Origin: Gammaproteobacteria bacterium
GTDB taxonomy: Bacteria > Pseudomonadota > Gammaproteobacteria > Pseudomonadales > Halieaceae
Length of the DNA stretch: 64,000 nt
Direction of reading: 5' to 3'
Assembly (NCBI GenBank): GCA_030431585.1
Contig: JAUIIQ010000001.1
Span: 7,878-71,877 of the forward strand
In this document: piece after piece, positions 51,099 to 62,719 of the stretch
Numbering within the stretch: position 1 is the stretch's first letter
Layout: each line of letters begins with the position of its first letter
The notes under the pieces: generated by a model
The model's database searches: none
The model's input: the letters and a program-made list of their open reading frames with translations, nothing else
Told to the model about the DNA's origin: nothing
Translations under genes and position numbers: made by a program

Positions 51099-52157
51099 AT
51101 GTACGAAGTAACTGTAGAGCCCACCGGCGATGTGGTGGAGGTCGAAGAAGGACAGACGATACTCGATGCGAGCCTGCGTCAGGGAGTATGGCTGCCCTTT
51201 GCCTGTGGCCACGGCACCTGCGGCACCTGCAAGGTACAGGTGCTGGAAGGTGATGTGGAGATTGGTGATGCCTCACCCTTTGCATTAATGGACATGGAGC
51301 GGGAGGAGGGCAAGGTACTCGCCTGTTGCGCCATCCCCGAGAGTGATCTCATTATCGAGGCAGACATCGATGTGGACCCGGATTTTATGGGCTATCCCAT
51401 CGAGGACTTTCAGGCCACTGTGGTCGCTATTGATGACCTGTCGCCAACGATAAAGGGTGTGCGCTTTGAGCTGGATCACCCGATAGAGTTTCAGGCTGGC
51501 CAGTACATCAACCTGAATATGCCGGGCGTGGAGGGCGCGAGGGCCTTTTCAATTGCCAATAAACCCTCTGACGCATCGGTGCTGGAGTTGCACGTGCGGC
51601 GGGTGCCGGAAGGTGCGGGTACGGGCTATATACACGACCAGCTCCAGATAGGCGAAACGCTGCCACTCTCGGGGCCCTACGGTCAGTTTTTCACTCGCAA
51701 GTCCGCCCCCGAAGACTTGATCTTTATCGCCGGCGGTTCCGGATTGTCGAGCCCCCAGTCGATGATTCTGGATCTGCTGGAGCACGGCGACACACGCAAG
51801 ATCACTTTGCTGCAGGGCGCGCGTAATCTGTCTGAACTCTACAACCGCGAGCTGTTTGAGCAGCTGGCTGAAGAGCATGAGAACTTTAGTTATGTGCCCG
51901 CACTGGACAACCCCCTGCCCGAAGACAACTGGGACGGCTTTGTGGGCTATGTGCATGAAGCGGCGATAGACCATTTCGATGGCCTGTTCGCGAACCACAA
52001 AGCATACCTGTGTGGTCCCCCGCCCATGATCGACGCAGCGATTACGGCATTGATGCAGGGACGCCTGTTTGAACGGGATATTTATATGGAGCGTTTCCTC
52101 ACTGCCGCCGATGGTGCCGAAGGCGCTACGAAAAGTGCACTGTTCAAGAAGATCTAG
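51099..52157 (+). CDS. dmpP: Phenol hydroxylase reductase P5 (2Fe-2S/FAD/NADH)
   Basis: CGHGTCGTC, FQAGQY, RAFSIA, AGGSG, YLCGPP, SALFKKI. Confidence 0.96.
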   Translation: MYEVTVEPTGDVVEVEEGQTILDASLRQGVWLPFACGHGTCGTCKVQVLEGDVEIGDASPFALMDMEREEGKVLACCAIPESDLIIEADIDVDPDFMGYPIEDFQATVVAIDDLSPTIKGVRFELDHPIEFQAGQYINLNMPGVEGARAFSIANKPSDASVLELHVRRVPEGAGTGYIHDQLQIGETLPLSGPYGQFFTRKSAPEDLIFIAGGSGLSSPQSMILDLLEHGDTRKITLLQGARNLSELYNRELFEQLAEEHENFSYVPALDNPLPEDNWDGFVGYVHEAAIDHFDGLFANHKAYLCGPPPMIDAAITALMQGRLFERDIYMERFLTAADGAEGATKSALFKKI

Positions 52158-52163
52158 TTGTAG

Positions 52164-52472
52164 ATGAGTCATACCATCAAGTTGACCGACACCGGGGAGA
52201 CGTTTTGCTGCCGCGACGACCAGCACCTGCTGCAGGGCATGCAAACGTTCCAGATCGGCAAGCCGATGCTGGACGCAATCACCGTGGGTTGCCGGGGCGG
52301 TGGTTGTGGTGTCTGCCGTATCAGGGTTGTTGAGGGGGAGTACGAACTAAAAAAGATGAGTCGCAAACATGTCAGTGCAGAGGAGCAGGCCGAGGGTATT
52401 GTCCTGGCCTGCCGCGTCTTTCCCCGCTGCGACCTGTTGGTCGAAGTGCTGCCTGTGGCGAAACCGGCATGA
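52164..52472 (+). CDS. dmpQ: XylT/DmpQ-type 2Fe-2S ferredoxin
   Basis: GCRGGGCGVC, KMSRKHV, LACRVFP. Confidence 0.88.
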   Translation: MSHTIKLTDTGETFCCRDDQHLLQGMQTFQIGKPMLDAITVGCRGGGCGVCRIRVVEGEYELKKMSRKHVSAEEQAEGIVLACRVFPRCDLLVEVLPVAKPA

Positions 52473-52873
52473 TCAATATCAGCGCCACTGACGCATGCGA
52501 GATAATCGAGCGTGCAACCGTCAGGGCGACGGAGCTGAATGTTGCCGCCTGCATTGCGATTGTGGATGCGGGAGCCCACCTGGTCGCCTTCCAGCGCATG
52601 GACGATGCAAGTATTGGTCCTGTCGATGTGTCTCAGCGCAAGGCCCGTACTGCGGCGCTGTTCCAGATGCCCAGCGGTGATTTCGGCAAGGTTATTGTCG
52701 ACCACGGCCTTACCGGTATGGAGCTGACTAATGGCGGCCTTGCTGCTTTCCATGGCGGTCTGCCAATACTGGACAGTGGCAGACTGGTCGGTGCCATAGG
52801 CGTCTCTGGAGGCAGTGCGGAGCAGGATCTCGATATAGCACGTCATGCACTGGACATGAACCAGCAAGCCTGA
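52469..52873 (+). CDS. GlcG/HbpS (heme-binding, PduO C-terminal-like) protein
   Basis: IAIVDAG..L..FQRMD, KARTA, GGLPI, GAIGVSGG; ATGA overlap with dmpQ. Confidence 0.88.
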   Translation: MINISATDACEIIERATVRATELNVAACIAIVDAGAHLVAFQRMDDASIGPVDVSQRKARTAALFQMPSGDFGKVIVDHGLTGMELTNGGLAAFHGGLPILDSGRLVGAIGVSGGSAEQDLDIARHALDMNQQA

Positions 52874-52976
52874 AGAGGGAGCGTTAGAGGGCTGCCTGCT
52901 CGGCTTGAAGCTGCATCCGCGTGGGGCGTTGCGCCACGCGAGAGTATAAAAACAAACAGCTGAAGGAGCCATCGCC

Positions 52977-55250
52977 ATGACACGTCTTTTCTCTCACAAG
53001 CATCGTCCGGTGCATATGAGCGCTTTTCCCCTCGAGATTCTGCCGCGAGGGGAAAGCGTGCCTGAGTTCAAGCGCCCGCAGCCCAGCCCTGTATTCACGG
53101 TAGAGGATTCGGCTAACCCCCATTCGCTCGCCAACGGCATGCGCGAGTACATCAACGTGATGGACCGTATGCGTTTGGGGCCGATTGCTCCGCAGCAAGC
53201 ACCTGTTCCGCAGGACCCCGAGGAGAGAGCGAATCACCTCAAGGCTGCGTGCTATTACCTGGATGCCAGCATGGCAGGCACGTGCAGAATTCCTGCCAAC
53301 GCGGTGCTGGCAGAGCCTGTTGTCAACGCTGCCCTGGGCGAGTCCATGGAGCGGGAATACGGCGCCGGCTCCGCTGATAATCCTATGGCTGAGATCAGTG
53401 TGCGCGAGGGCAGGGCGGCCTGGGAGCGCGCCCAGGCAGAGATAAACGAGCCGCTGCAGGACGGATATGCTCTGGTGATACTGAATGAGCATACCCGCGA
53501 TGTTGACCCGGCTGAACCCGGCGCAACGTGGCTGCTTGATACTCAGGCGCAGCGCGCCGCCCTGCGTGCCGCTGAGGTCGGGGCCGTAATGGCGAACTAC
53601 CTGCGTATGCTTGGGTTTGACGCACGTTTGCACACGGTAACTGCCACGGAGCTTGATATCGAGCAGATGCTGCTGGCAGCGGGCCTTGGGGTGAGTGTTG
53701 AAACAGAGGGTGTGGCCAGGGTGGAGGTGCCGTATCTGGGAGCGGGCTATGGCGCTGTAATTGTGTCCACATCGATGGAGTTAGCCAGCGACTTGCCTCT
53801 GGCGCCGGGAGCCATGTCGTCCTGTCGTAACGTTAAATGGTGGTCAGGCTATGGCGGAACGCGGCCAGGTTTTCAGGGGCCTCTGTACAAGGGGCGTCCG
53901 TTTCATCTTGGTTTGTACCCGATGGAAACGGTTAAACGGGTTGCCGAACCCACTACCCTGATTGACGCACCCAATGTGCCTCGAATTCCCAAACGCCATG
54001 ACATGTTTATTCGCGCAAGCATCGGCGACCTTGGCCCCAAGGCTCAAAAAGAACTGACGGATTTTCGCATGATCACCAAATCCCCGTTTGGGCATGCAAT
54101 GATTCCGGTGTTGGGTGGCATGGTGCCGCTGCAGTATGGTCAGGAAGCGGAACAGCAGGCCCAGGGGTATGCAGATGCCCGCAAGAATTCAGAGATGATC
54201 AAGGCTGCCATGTACTACCTGGGTGCCGACATGGTCGGTATCTGCGAGATACCCGAGTACGCCTGGTACTCCCATGATCTGGACGGCTCCGAAATCAAGC
54301 CCTATCACAAGTACGCCATTTGTATCCTCGTAGACCAGGGTTATGAAACCATGGAAGGGGCCAGCGGTGACGATTGGATCAGCGGCGCGCAGAGCATGCG
54401 CGCCTACATGCGTGCTCAGTTGATTGGTGGCACGGTTGGCTCTCATCTTCGCGGCCTCGGTTTCTCTGCGCGCGGGCACAGCGTTATGGACCAGGATGTG
54501 CTGCACATACCGTTAAACCTGCTGGCGGGCCTGGGAGAATTACCTCGAATCGGCGAGATGGTGTTGAATCCCTTCGTTGGGCCGCGCTTCAAGTCGGGTA
54601 TTCTCACCACCGACATGCCTCTGGAGCCGGACCTTCCCATCGATTTCGGTCTGCAGGACTTTTGCAACAAGTGCCTGAAGTGCGCCAGGGAGTGCCCCGT
54701 TACCGCAATCCCCTTCGGTGACAAGATCATGTTCAATGGCTACGAAATGTGGAAGCCGGATGTTGAGAAATGCGGGCGCTACCGGATTACCAACGCCGCC
54801 GGATCAATGTGTGGCCGCTGCATGAAAACCTGCCCCTATAACCTGGAAGGTGTACTGAAGGAAAAACCCTTTCTGTGGAGTGCGATGAACCTGCCTTTCA
54901 GTCGCAAGTGGATAGCCGACCTGGATGACAAGGTGGGGAATGGCAGAATTAATCCGGTGAAGAAGTGGTGGTGGGATCTCGATACCGACGATGATGGCAA
55001 TATCGTGCCAGCAAAGCGCATCAATGCCCGGGAGTTGGAGTTTCGCTCAATGCAACCCAGGGAGCAGAAGCTGGCCTGCTACCCACACGAGGTTGTGCCC
55101 AGCCCTGTTGTCGTGGAACCGGCTGCGCCAGACCGCAAGCAGGGTGTGCAATTCTACAAGGCTGCACCCTCACCCGAAGACTATCGCGCGAGGATGAGGC
55201 GTGGAGAGACCTCACCGGGGAAAAAGCCGAACTGGGAAACAGGGGAGTAG
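52977..55250 (+). CDS. rdhA: Cytoplasmic (catabolic) cobalamin-dependent reductive dehalogenase, NpRdhA-like
   Basis: CxxCxxCxxxCP and Cx12CxxCxxxCP Fe-S motifs, GADMVGIC, SMRAY, AGLGE, NPFVGPRFK, KWW; duplicated N-terminal domain; no Tat RR signal. Confidence 0.9.
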   Translation: MTRLFSHKHRPVHMSAFPLEILPRGESVPEFKRPQPSPVFTVEDSANPHSLANGMREYINVMDRMRLGPIAPQQAPVPQDPEERANHLKAACYYLDASMAGTCRIPANAVLAEPVVNAALGESMEREYGAGSADNPMAEISVREGRAAWERAQAEINEPLQDGYALVILNEHTRDVDPAEPGATWLLDTQAQRAALRAAEVGAVMANYLRMLGFDARLHTVTATELDIEQMLLAAGLGVSVETEGVARVEVPYLGAGYGAVIVSTSMELASDLPLAPGAMSSCRNVKWWSGYGGTRPGFQGPLYKGRPFHLGLYPMETVKRVAEPTTLIDAPNVPRIPKRHDMFIRASIGDLGPKAQKELTDFRMITKSPFGHAMIPVLGGMVPLQYGQEAEQQAQGYADARKNSEMIKAAMYYLGADMVGICEIPEYAWYSHDLDGSEIKPYHKYAICILVDQGYETMEGASGDDWISGAQSMRAYMRAQLIGGTVGSHLRGLGFSARGHSVMDQDVLHIPLNLLAGLGELPRIGEMVLNPFVGPRFKSGILTTDMPLEPDLPIDFGLQDFCNKCLKCARECPVTAIPFGDKIMFNGYEMWKPDVEKCGRYRITNAAGSMCGRCMKTCPYNLEGVLKEKPFLWSAMNLPFSRKWIADLDDKVGNGRINPVKKWWWDLDTDDDGNIVPAKRINARELEFRSMQPREQKLACYPHEVVPSPVVVEPAAPDRKQGVQFYKAAPSPEDYRARMRRGETSPGKKPNWETGE

Positions 55251-55292
55251 GTGGGCTGTGTTGCTGTTACACGGGGTTTACGCCCGGCAGCG

Positions 55293-55715
55293 TCAAACAG
55301 GCTTGTAGGCAACCGCTTTTATTTCAATCAGTAAATGCGGGTGCGGCAGTTGGTGCACCGCTACGGTGGTCCGGGTGGGACCATCGTAGTCGAAGTATTC
55401 ACTGTAGACCGCATTGTAGCCACCGAAGTCGTTCATGTTTACCAGGAACGCGCTGACTTCAACCAGGTCGTCAAGGCCCGCTCCGGCCTCTGCCAGAATA
55501 TCGCGAATATTGTCGATGACTGCGCGGGTTTGCACGCGGATGTCCAGATCGACCGTGCCCATCTCGTCCACATCGGCGCCAGCCAGTGAATTGTCCGGCC
55601 GACGAGAACTGGTGCCGGAGACAAAAAGAAAATCTCCGGCGCGTTTGATGTGTGGAAAGGTACCGCGGGGTTGAGCCTTGCCTGGCACCACAGTTGCCGA
55701 TGTTTTGTCACTCAT
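55293..55715 (-). CDS. amnD: 2-aminomuconate deaminase (RidA/YjgF family)
   Basis: [43 protein letters not shown]; directly downstream of amnBA. Confidence 0.85.
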   Translation of the reverse strand: MSDKTSATVVPGKAQPRGTFPHIKRAGDFLFVSGTSSRRPDNSLAGADVDEMGTVDLDIRVQTRAVIDNIRDILAEAGAGLDDLVEVSAFLVNMNDFGGYNAVYSEYFDYDGPTRTTVAVHQLPHPHLLIEIKAVAYKPV

Positions 55716-55779
55716 ATTGCCGATGTCTTCCTTCGAAGCCGGTAAGCCTGGTTAATCTGCTTCCTGCTGTATGGTGTCC

Positions 55780-58170
<2,391 letters not shown>

Positions 58171-58275
58171 TGGCGGTGCTCGCGTTCGAATCTGGCTAGG
58201 TACGTAATATGAAATTATCAGCAGTTATCAGGATAGCGGGCAAATTCCAAACTTACTAAGCAATTCTTAGATCCA

Positions 58276-58378
58276 GTCGATATTAAAAGATAATATCTAT
58301 AAAACTAAAAAATATCGATAAAATGTTGTTCAGAGATAAAATATAGACTATCGTTAAAAACATCAAATATCGATAAAA
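58276..58378. promoter_or_regulatory. Repeated AATATCGATAAAA operator-like motifs in AT-rich divergent promoter
   Basis: Exact copies at 58311-58323 and 58366-58378, 1-mismatch copy at 58292-58304, inverted partial copy at 58276-58284. Confidence 0.7.
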
Positions 58379-58432
58379 AGCAGTATCACACAGATCCGGG
58401 GTGCCGGATTGTCCTCGCAGGAGTAAGTAACC

Positions 58433-59359
58433 ATGAGAAAAGGAGTAATGCGCCCGGGTCATGTGCAATTGCGCGTGCTGGACCTGGATGAGGCAATTGT
58501 TCACTACCGCGATCGGCTGGGGCTGATTGAGGTTAATCGCGATAGTCAGAATCGCGCCTACTTCAAAGGCTGGACCGAAATAGATTCGTTTTCCGTGGTG
58601 CTGCGCGAAGCAGATGAGCCGGGAATGGATTTCATGGGCTTCAAGGTCACCACACCGGATGTACTTGAAGAGCGCAAGCAGGAGTTGATCGAATACGGTT
58701 GCCAGGTGGAGGTTATCCCCGCGGGTGAACTGGATGGCTGCGGTGAACGGGTTCGCTTCGACTCGCCCACTGGGCATTACTTTGAGCTTTACGCCGAGAA
58801 GGAGCAGCCGGGTAAGTGGGGTATCTCTCCCAAAAACCCTGACGCATGGCCCGAGGACCTGAAGGGTATGAAGGCAACCCGATTTGATCACTGCCTGCTC
58901 TACGGCGACGACCTGGACGGTACTGTCGAGCTGTTGCAGAAAGTGCTTGGTTTCCAGCTGTCGGAGCAGGTGGTTGACCACCAGGACGGCACGCGGGTGG
59001 CGGCGTTCCTGACGGTATCAACCAAGGCGCATGACGTGGCGTTTGTGCGTCACCCTGAGAAAGGGAAGTTCCACCACGCCTCTTTCTGGCTGGACACCTG
59101 GGAAGATGTTCTGCGCGCTGCCGACCTTATATCCATGCACGATATGTCACTGGATATCGGTCCCACCCGTCACGGCCTGACTCATGGCCAGACCATTTAT
59201 TTCTTCGACCCGTCTGGCAACCGTAACGAGGTGTTCTGCGGTGGCGATTACACCTATCCGGATCACCCCGTTGTGACCTGGGACGCGGAGCAGATCGGCA
59301 AGGCAATTTTCTACCACGACAGGGTGCTCAACGAGGCATTCCTGGGTGTGGTGACCTGA
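58433..59359 (+). CDS. xylE: Catechol 2,3-dioxygenase (XylE/DmpB subfamily)
   Basis: [51 protein letters not shown]. Confidence 0.96.
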   Translation: MRKGVMRPGHVQLRVLDLDEAIVHYRDRLGLIEVNRDSQNRAYFKGWTEIDSFSVVLREADEPGMDFMGFKVTTPDVLEERKQELIEYGCQVEVIPAGELDGCGERVRFDSPTGHYFELYAEKEQPGKWGISPKNPDAWPEDLKGMKATRFDHCLLYGDDLDGTVELLQKVLGFQLSEQVVDHQDGTRVAAFLTVSTKAHDVAFVRHPEKGKFHHASFWLDTWEDVLRAADLISMHDMSLDIGPTRHGLTHGQTIYFFDPSGNRNEVFCGGDYTYPDHPVVTWDAEQIGKAIFYHDRVLNEAFLGVVT

Positions 59360-59397
59360 TTATGTCCCTGGCCCAACAATCGACAGAAGACGCAGTG

Positions 59398-60858
59398 ATG
59401 AGCGACGTAAAAAACTTTATTGATGGCGAATATCGTGGGTCTGCTGCGGGCAGGGTCTTCGACAACATCAATCCCTGTACCGGCGCGGTTATCAGCTCTG
59501 TGCACGAAGCATCCCGAGAGGATGTCGATGCCGCAGTAAAAGCCGCGCGTGAGGCACTCTCCGGCCCCTGGGGCAGGATGAGTGATGAAGAGCGGGGCGA
59601 GATTCTGCACGCTGTGGCGGATGGGATTGACAGGCGCTTCGATGAATTCCTGGCGGCCGAATGCGCCGATACGGGCAAGCCATACAATATTGCCAGTCAC
59701 ATAGATATTCCACGTGGTGCAGCCAACTTTCGCGTATTCGCAGATGCGGTAAAGAACGTTGCCACCGAAGCGTTCCAGATGGCGACGCCAGATGGTAAAG
59801 GCGCCTTCAATGTGGCGGTTCGCAAGCCAAAGGGGGTTATAGCGGTCATCAGCCCCTGGAACCTTCCACTGTTGCTGATGACCTGGAAGGTCGGTCCAGC
59901 CCTCGCCTGCGGCAATACTGTTGTCGTCAAACCTTCAGAGGAAACGCCCACTACCACCTCTCTTCTGGGTGAGGTCATGAACGAGGCTGGCGTGCCGCCC
60001 GGCGTGTTTAACGTGGTGAACGGATTTGGCCCTGACTCTGCAGGTGCGTTCCTGACTGAGCATCCGGAGGTTGATGCGATTACATTCACCGGTGAAACGC
60101 GTACCGGTGAGATTATTACGCAGGCGGCGGCGATTGGTCTGCGTGACGTGTCCATGGAGTGTGGCGGCAAGAATCCTGCGCTGGTCTTTGCCGACTGTGA
60201 TATGGATAAGGCAATCGAGGGGACCTTGCGTTCTGTCTTTGCCAACTGCGGCCAGGTTTGCCTGGGCACCGAACGGGTGTATGTAGAACGTCCCATCTTT
60301 GATGAGTTTGTTTCCCGGCTGGCCAGTGAGGCGGGCAAATTCACACTGGGTCTGCCGGAGGACGCCAATACTGACATGGGGCCGCTGGTTTCTCACGAAC
60401 ATCAGCAAAAAGTTCTGTCCTACTACGAGCTGGCGGTTGCCGAAGGCGCCACCGTGGTGCTCGGCGGCGGCATACCTGACATGCCTGATGAACTGGCTGG
60501 TGGCGCCTGGATACAGCCTACCATCTGGACCGGACTGCCCGACGATGCCCGGGTGGTCAATGAGGAGATATTTGGCCCCTGTTGTCACATCCGTCCATTC
60601 GATACGGAAGAGGAAGTGATCAAGCTGGCCAACGATACGAAATACGGCCTTGCCGCCGCTATATGGACTGAGAATACCTCTCGTGCACTGCGTGTTTCCA
60701 CTCAGATTGATTGTGGCGTCGCCTGGGTAAACAGCTGGTTCCTGCGCGACCTGCGTACCGCGTTTGGTGGTGCCAAGGCATCGGGAATGGGCCGGGAAGG
60801 CGGCGAGCACTCTCTTGAGTTCTACTCTGAAATGCAGAATGTCTGCATAAAAATCTGA
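59398..60858 (+). CDS. dmpC: 2-hydroxymuconic (or 2-aminomuconic) semialdehyde dehydrogenase
   Basis: HIDIPRGAANF, SPWNLPLLLMTWK, FTGETRTG, NCGQVCL, EEIFGPC, VNSWFLRDLRT. Confidence 0.92.
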   Translation: MSDVKNFIDGEYRGSAAGRVFDNINPCTGAVISSVHEASREDVDAAVKAAREALSGPWGRMSDEERGEILHAVADGIDRRFDEFLAAECADTGKPYNIASHIDIPRGAANFRVFADAVKNVATEAFQMATPDGKGAFNVAVRKPKGVIAVISPWNLPLLLMTWKVGPALACGNTVVVKPSEETPTTTSLLGEVMNEAGVPPGVFNVVNGFGPDSAGAFLTEHPEVDAITFTGETRTGEIITQAAAIGLRDVSMECGGKNPALVFADCDMDKAIEGTLRSVFANCGQVCLGTERVYVERPIFDEFVSRLASEAGKFTLGLPEDANTDMGPLVSHEHQQKVLSYYELAVAEGATVVLGGGIPDMPDELAGGAWIQPTIWTGLPDDARVVNEEIFGPCCHIRPFDTEEEVIKLANDTKYGLAAAIWTENTSRALRVSTQIDCGVAWVNSWFLRDLRTAFGGAKASGMGREGGEHSLEFYSEMQNVCIKI

Positions 60859-60880
60859 ATATTGAGTCTGGAAAAACACC

Positions 60881-61672
60881 ATGAGCACACTGAGTAACGA
60901 AGTTGTAGGGCAGTTGGCGGAACACCTGGAAAACGCTGAACTGCAGGCCCACGACGTCACCAAGATAACGGATGACTACCCCGAGATGGATTTTGAGGAT
61001 GCCTACAACATCCAGTGGGAGATCCGTCGTCGCAAGGAGGCCAGAGGCAACAAAATTGTGGGTATGAAAATGGGGCTGACCTCCTGGGCGAAGATGGCGC
61101 AGATGGGAGTCGAAGAACCCTGCTATGGTTTTCTGGCTGATTATTTCAGTTGCCCCGATGGCGCTGCTATCGATACGTCAAAATTAATACACCCCAAGGT
61201 CGAGGCGGAAATTGCTTTCGTTACCAACGCCCCTCTCAAAGGGCCGGGAGTGCACGTGGCAGATGTCATAGCGGCCACCGATTTTGTTCTCCCCGCTGTC
61301 GAAATAATCGACTCGCGCTATCGTGATTTCAAATTTGATATCAAGAGTGTTGTAGCGGACAACAGCTCTTCCTCGCGTTTCGTTACCGGCGGTCGCAGCT
61401 TGCCGGTGGGGCATATGGACCTGCGCACAACCGGCGTCATCCTGGAGAAGAACGGCGAAATCGTCGATATGTCCGTGGGTGCGGCAGTACTGGGTGACCC
61501 CGCAGCCAGCGTCGCTATGTTGGCCAACATGCTGGGTGAACGGGGTGAGGAAATTCCGGCTGGAACGTTTGTTATGACGGGCGGCGTAACCGCCGCAGTG
61601 GCGGTAGCGGCCGGTGACAACATCACCGTGCGGTATCACGAGATGGGATCGATCAGCATGAGGTTTGTCTAG
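60881..61672 (+). CDS. dmpH: 4-oxalocrotonate decarboxylase (DmpH/AmnE)
   Basis: KMGLTSWAKMAQMGV, IHPKVEAEIAF, DSRYRDFKFD..SVVADNSS. Confidence 0.9.
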   Translation: MSTLSNEVVGQLAEHLENAELQAHDVTKITDDYPEMDFEDAYNIQWEIRRRKEARGNKIVGMKMGLTSWAKMAQMGVEEPCYGFLADYFSCPDGAAIDTSKLIHPKVEAEIAFVTNAPLKGPGVHVADVIAATDFVLPAVEIIDSRYRDFKFDIKSVVADNSSSSRFVTGGRSLPVGHMDLRTTGVILEKNGEIVDMSVGAAVLGDPAASVAMLANMLGERGEEIPAGTFVMTGGVTAAVAVAAGDNITVRYHEMGSISMRFV

Positions 61673-61715
61673 CGCGTTTGCGCTGCAGGCAGACCCGGAT
61701 TTCAAGATGATAAGA

Positions 61716-62696
61716 ATGAACAGCGATATGACCCAGAAGCTCCTCCCGGCACAACGCGCGGCATCGCTTGTGTTGCTTGCGCTAGTGTTGCTTGCCGGCT
61801 GTGAAGCACCGCTCGACCTGGCGTCGGTGGAGGCAGAGAAGGCGCGGGAGTTCAGGCGCTATGACGTACTGCAGGCAGCGGCTCATAGCGGCCAGCGAGC
61901 CGTGGTGGTCAGTTCCATCGGCGCGATCATCAGCTCCGAGGACAGCGGAGCCAGCTGGCAGCGGACTGAGTTGAGCGGCCGTCCCCAATTGATTGATGTT
62001 ACAGCGTGTCCCTCGGGTGACTTCTTTGCGCTGGATGCAGAACGCCGCATATGGCGTCAGACGGCTGCTGGTGATTGGCAGTCTTCAGCCATCGATACAG
62101 CGGAGCACACACTCTCCATCCATTGCGCCGCCAATGGCCGGCTCTGGGTGTCTGCGAGCTTCGGTACGCTGTTCTGGTCTGCAGGTGACATGCAGCAATG
62201 GAATGAATTCAGCCTTTATGAGGACCTGCAATTCACTGCGGTGCGCTTCGTTGACGAAAACGTCGGCTTCGCGCTCGGTGAGTTCGGTACAGTCATTGTC
62301 TCTACCGATGGCGGTGACAACTGGGAGCGCCGCGACGGGATTCCGAATGAATTCTATCCGATGGCGGCGGACTTTTTGAACGAGAACACCGGCTGGGTTG
62401 GCGGTCTCGATGGTGTGATCTGGGAGACCCGGGATGGCGGCAACAGCTGGCAGCGCCAGCAGTCTGTTACCTCCGCGCCGATCTACAACATTCACGCTGA
62501 TAAACACGGCGTATTTGCCGTGGGCGGCAGCGCCAAACTGGTGGAGCTGCGTGGCGGCCAGTGGCAGAACTTTGTTGGCGCTCCCGAGGTGCTGGCATTC
62601 ATGCGCGGATTGGATGCGCTAGATAACGGAGCGCTACTGGTAGCAGGTGGCGGTGGCACGTTGGCGGTAATACCGCTTTCTGGTCGTGATGCCTGA
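61716..62696 (+). CDS. YCF48/BNR-repeat beta-propeller lipoprotein (start uncertain, 61716 or 61728)
   Basis: Lipobox LAGC; SEDSGASW, STDGGDNW, TRDGGNSW Asp-boxes; GEFG. Confidence 0.85.
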   Translation: MNSDMTQKLLPAQRAASLVLLALVLLAGCEAPLDLASVEAEKAREFRRYDVLQAAAHSGQRAVVVSSIGAIISSEDSGASWQRTELSGRPQLIDVTACPSGDFFALDAERRIWRQTAAGDWQSSAIDTAEHTLSIHCAANGRLWVSASFGTLFWSAGDMQQWNEFSLYEDLQFTAVRFVDENVGFALGEFGTVIVSTDGGDNWERRDGIPNEFYPMAADFLNENTGWVGGLDGVIWETRDGGNSWQRQQSVTSAPIYNIHADKHGVFAVGGSAKLVELRGGQWQNFVGAPEVLAFMRGLDALDNGALLVAGGGGTLAVIPLSGRDA

Positions 62697-62719
62697 AACG
62701 GCTAACTAAGGGTTTCCAA

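Noticed and set aside
52874-52976. Cobalamin riboswitch upstream of rdhA
   Set aside because: The gap is only about 100 bp and I could not find B12-box or GGGAA core motifs.
52977-55250. Organohalide-respiratory RdhA, or epoxyqueuosine reductase QueG
   Set aside because: No Tat RRxFxK signal and no rdhB. Size, N-terminal duplication and motifs fit catabolic RdhA, not QueG.
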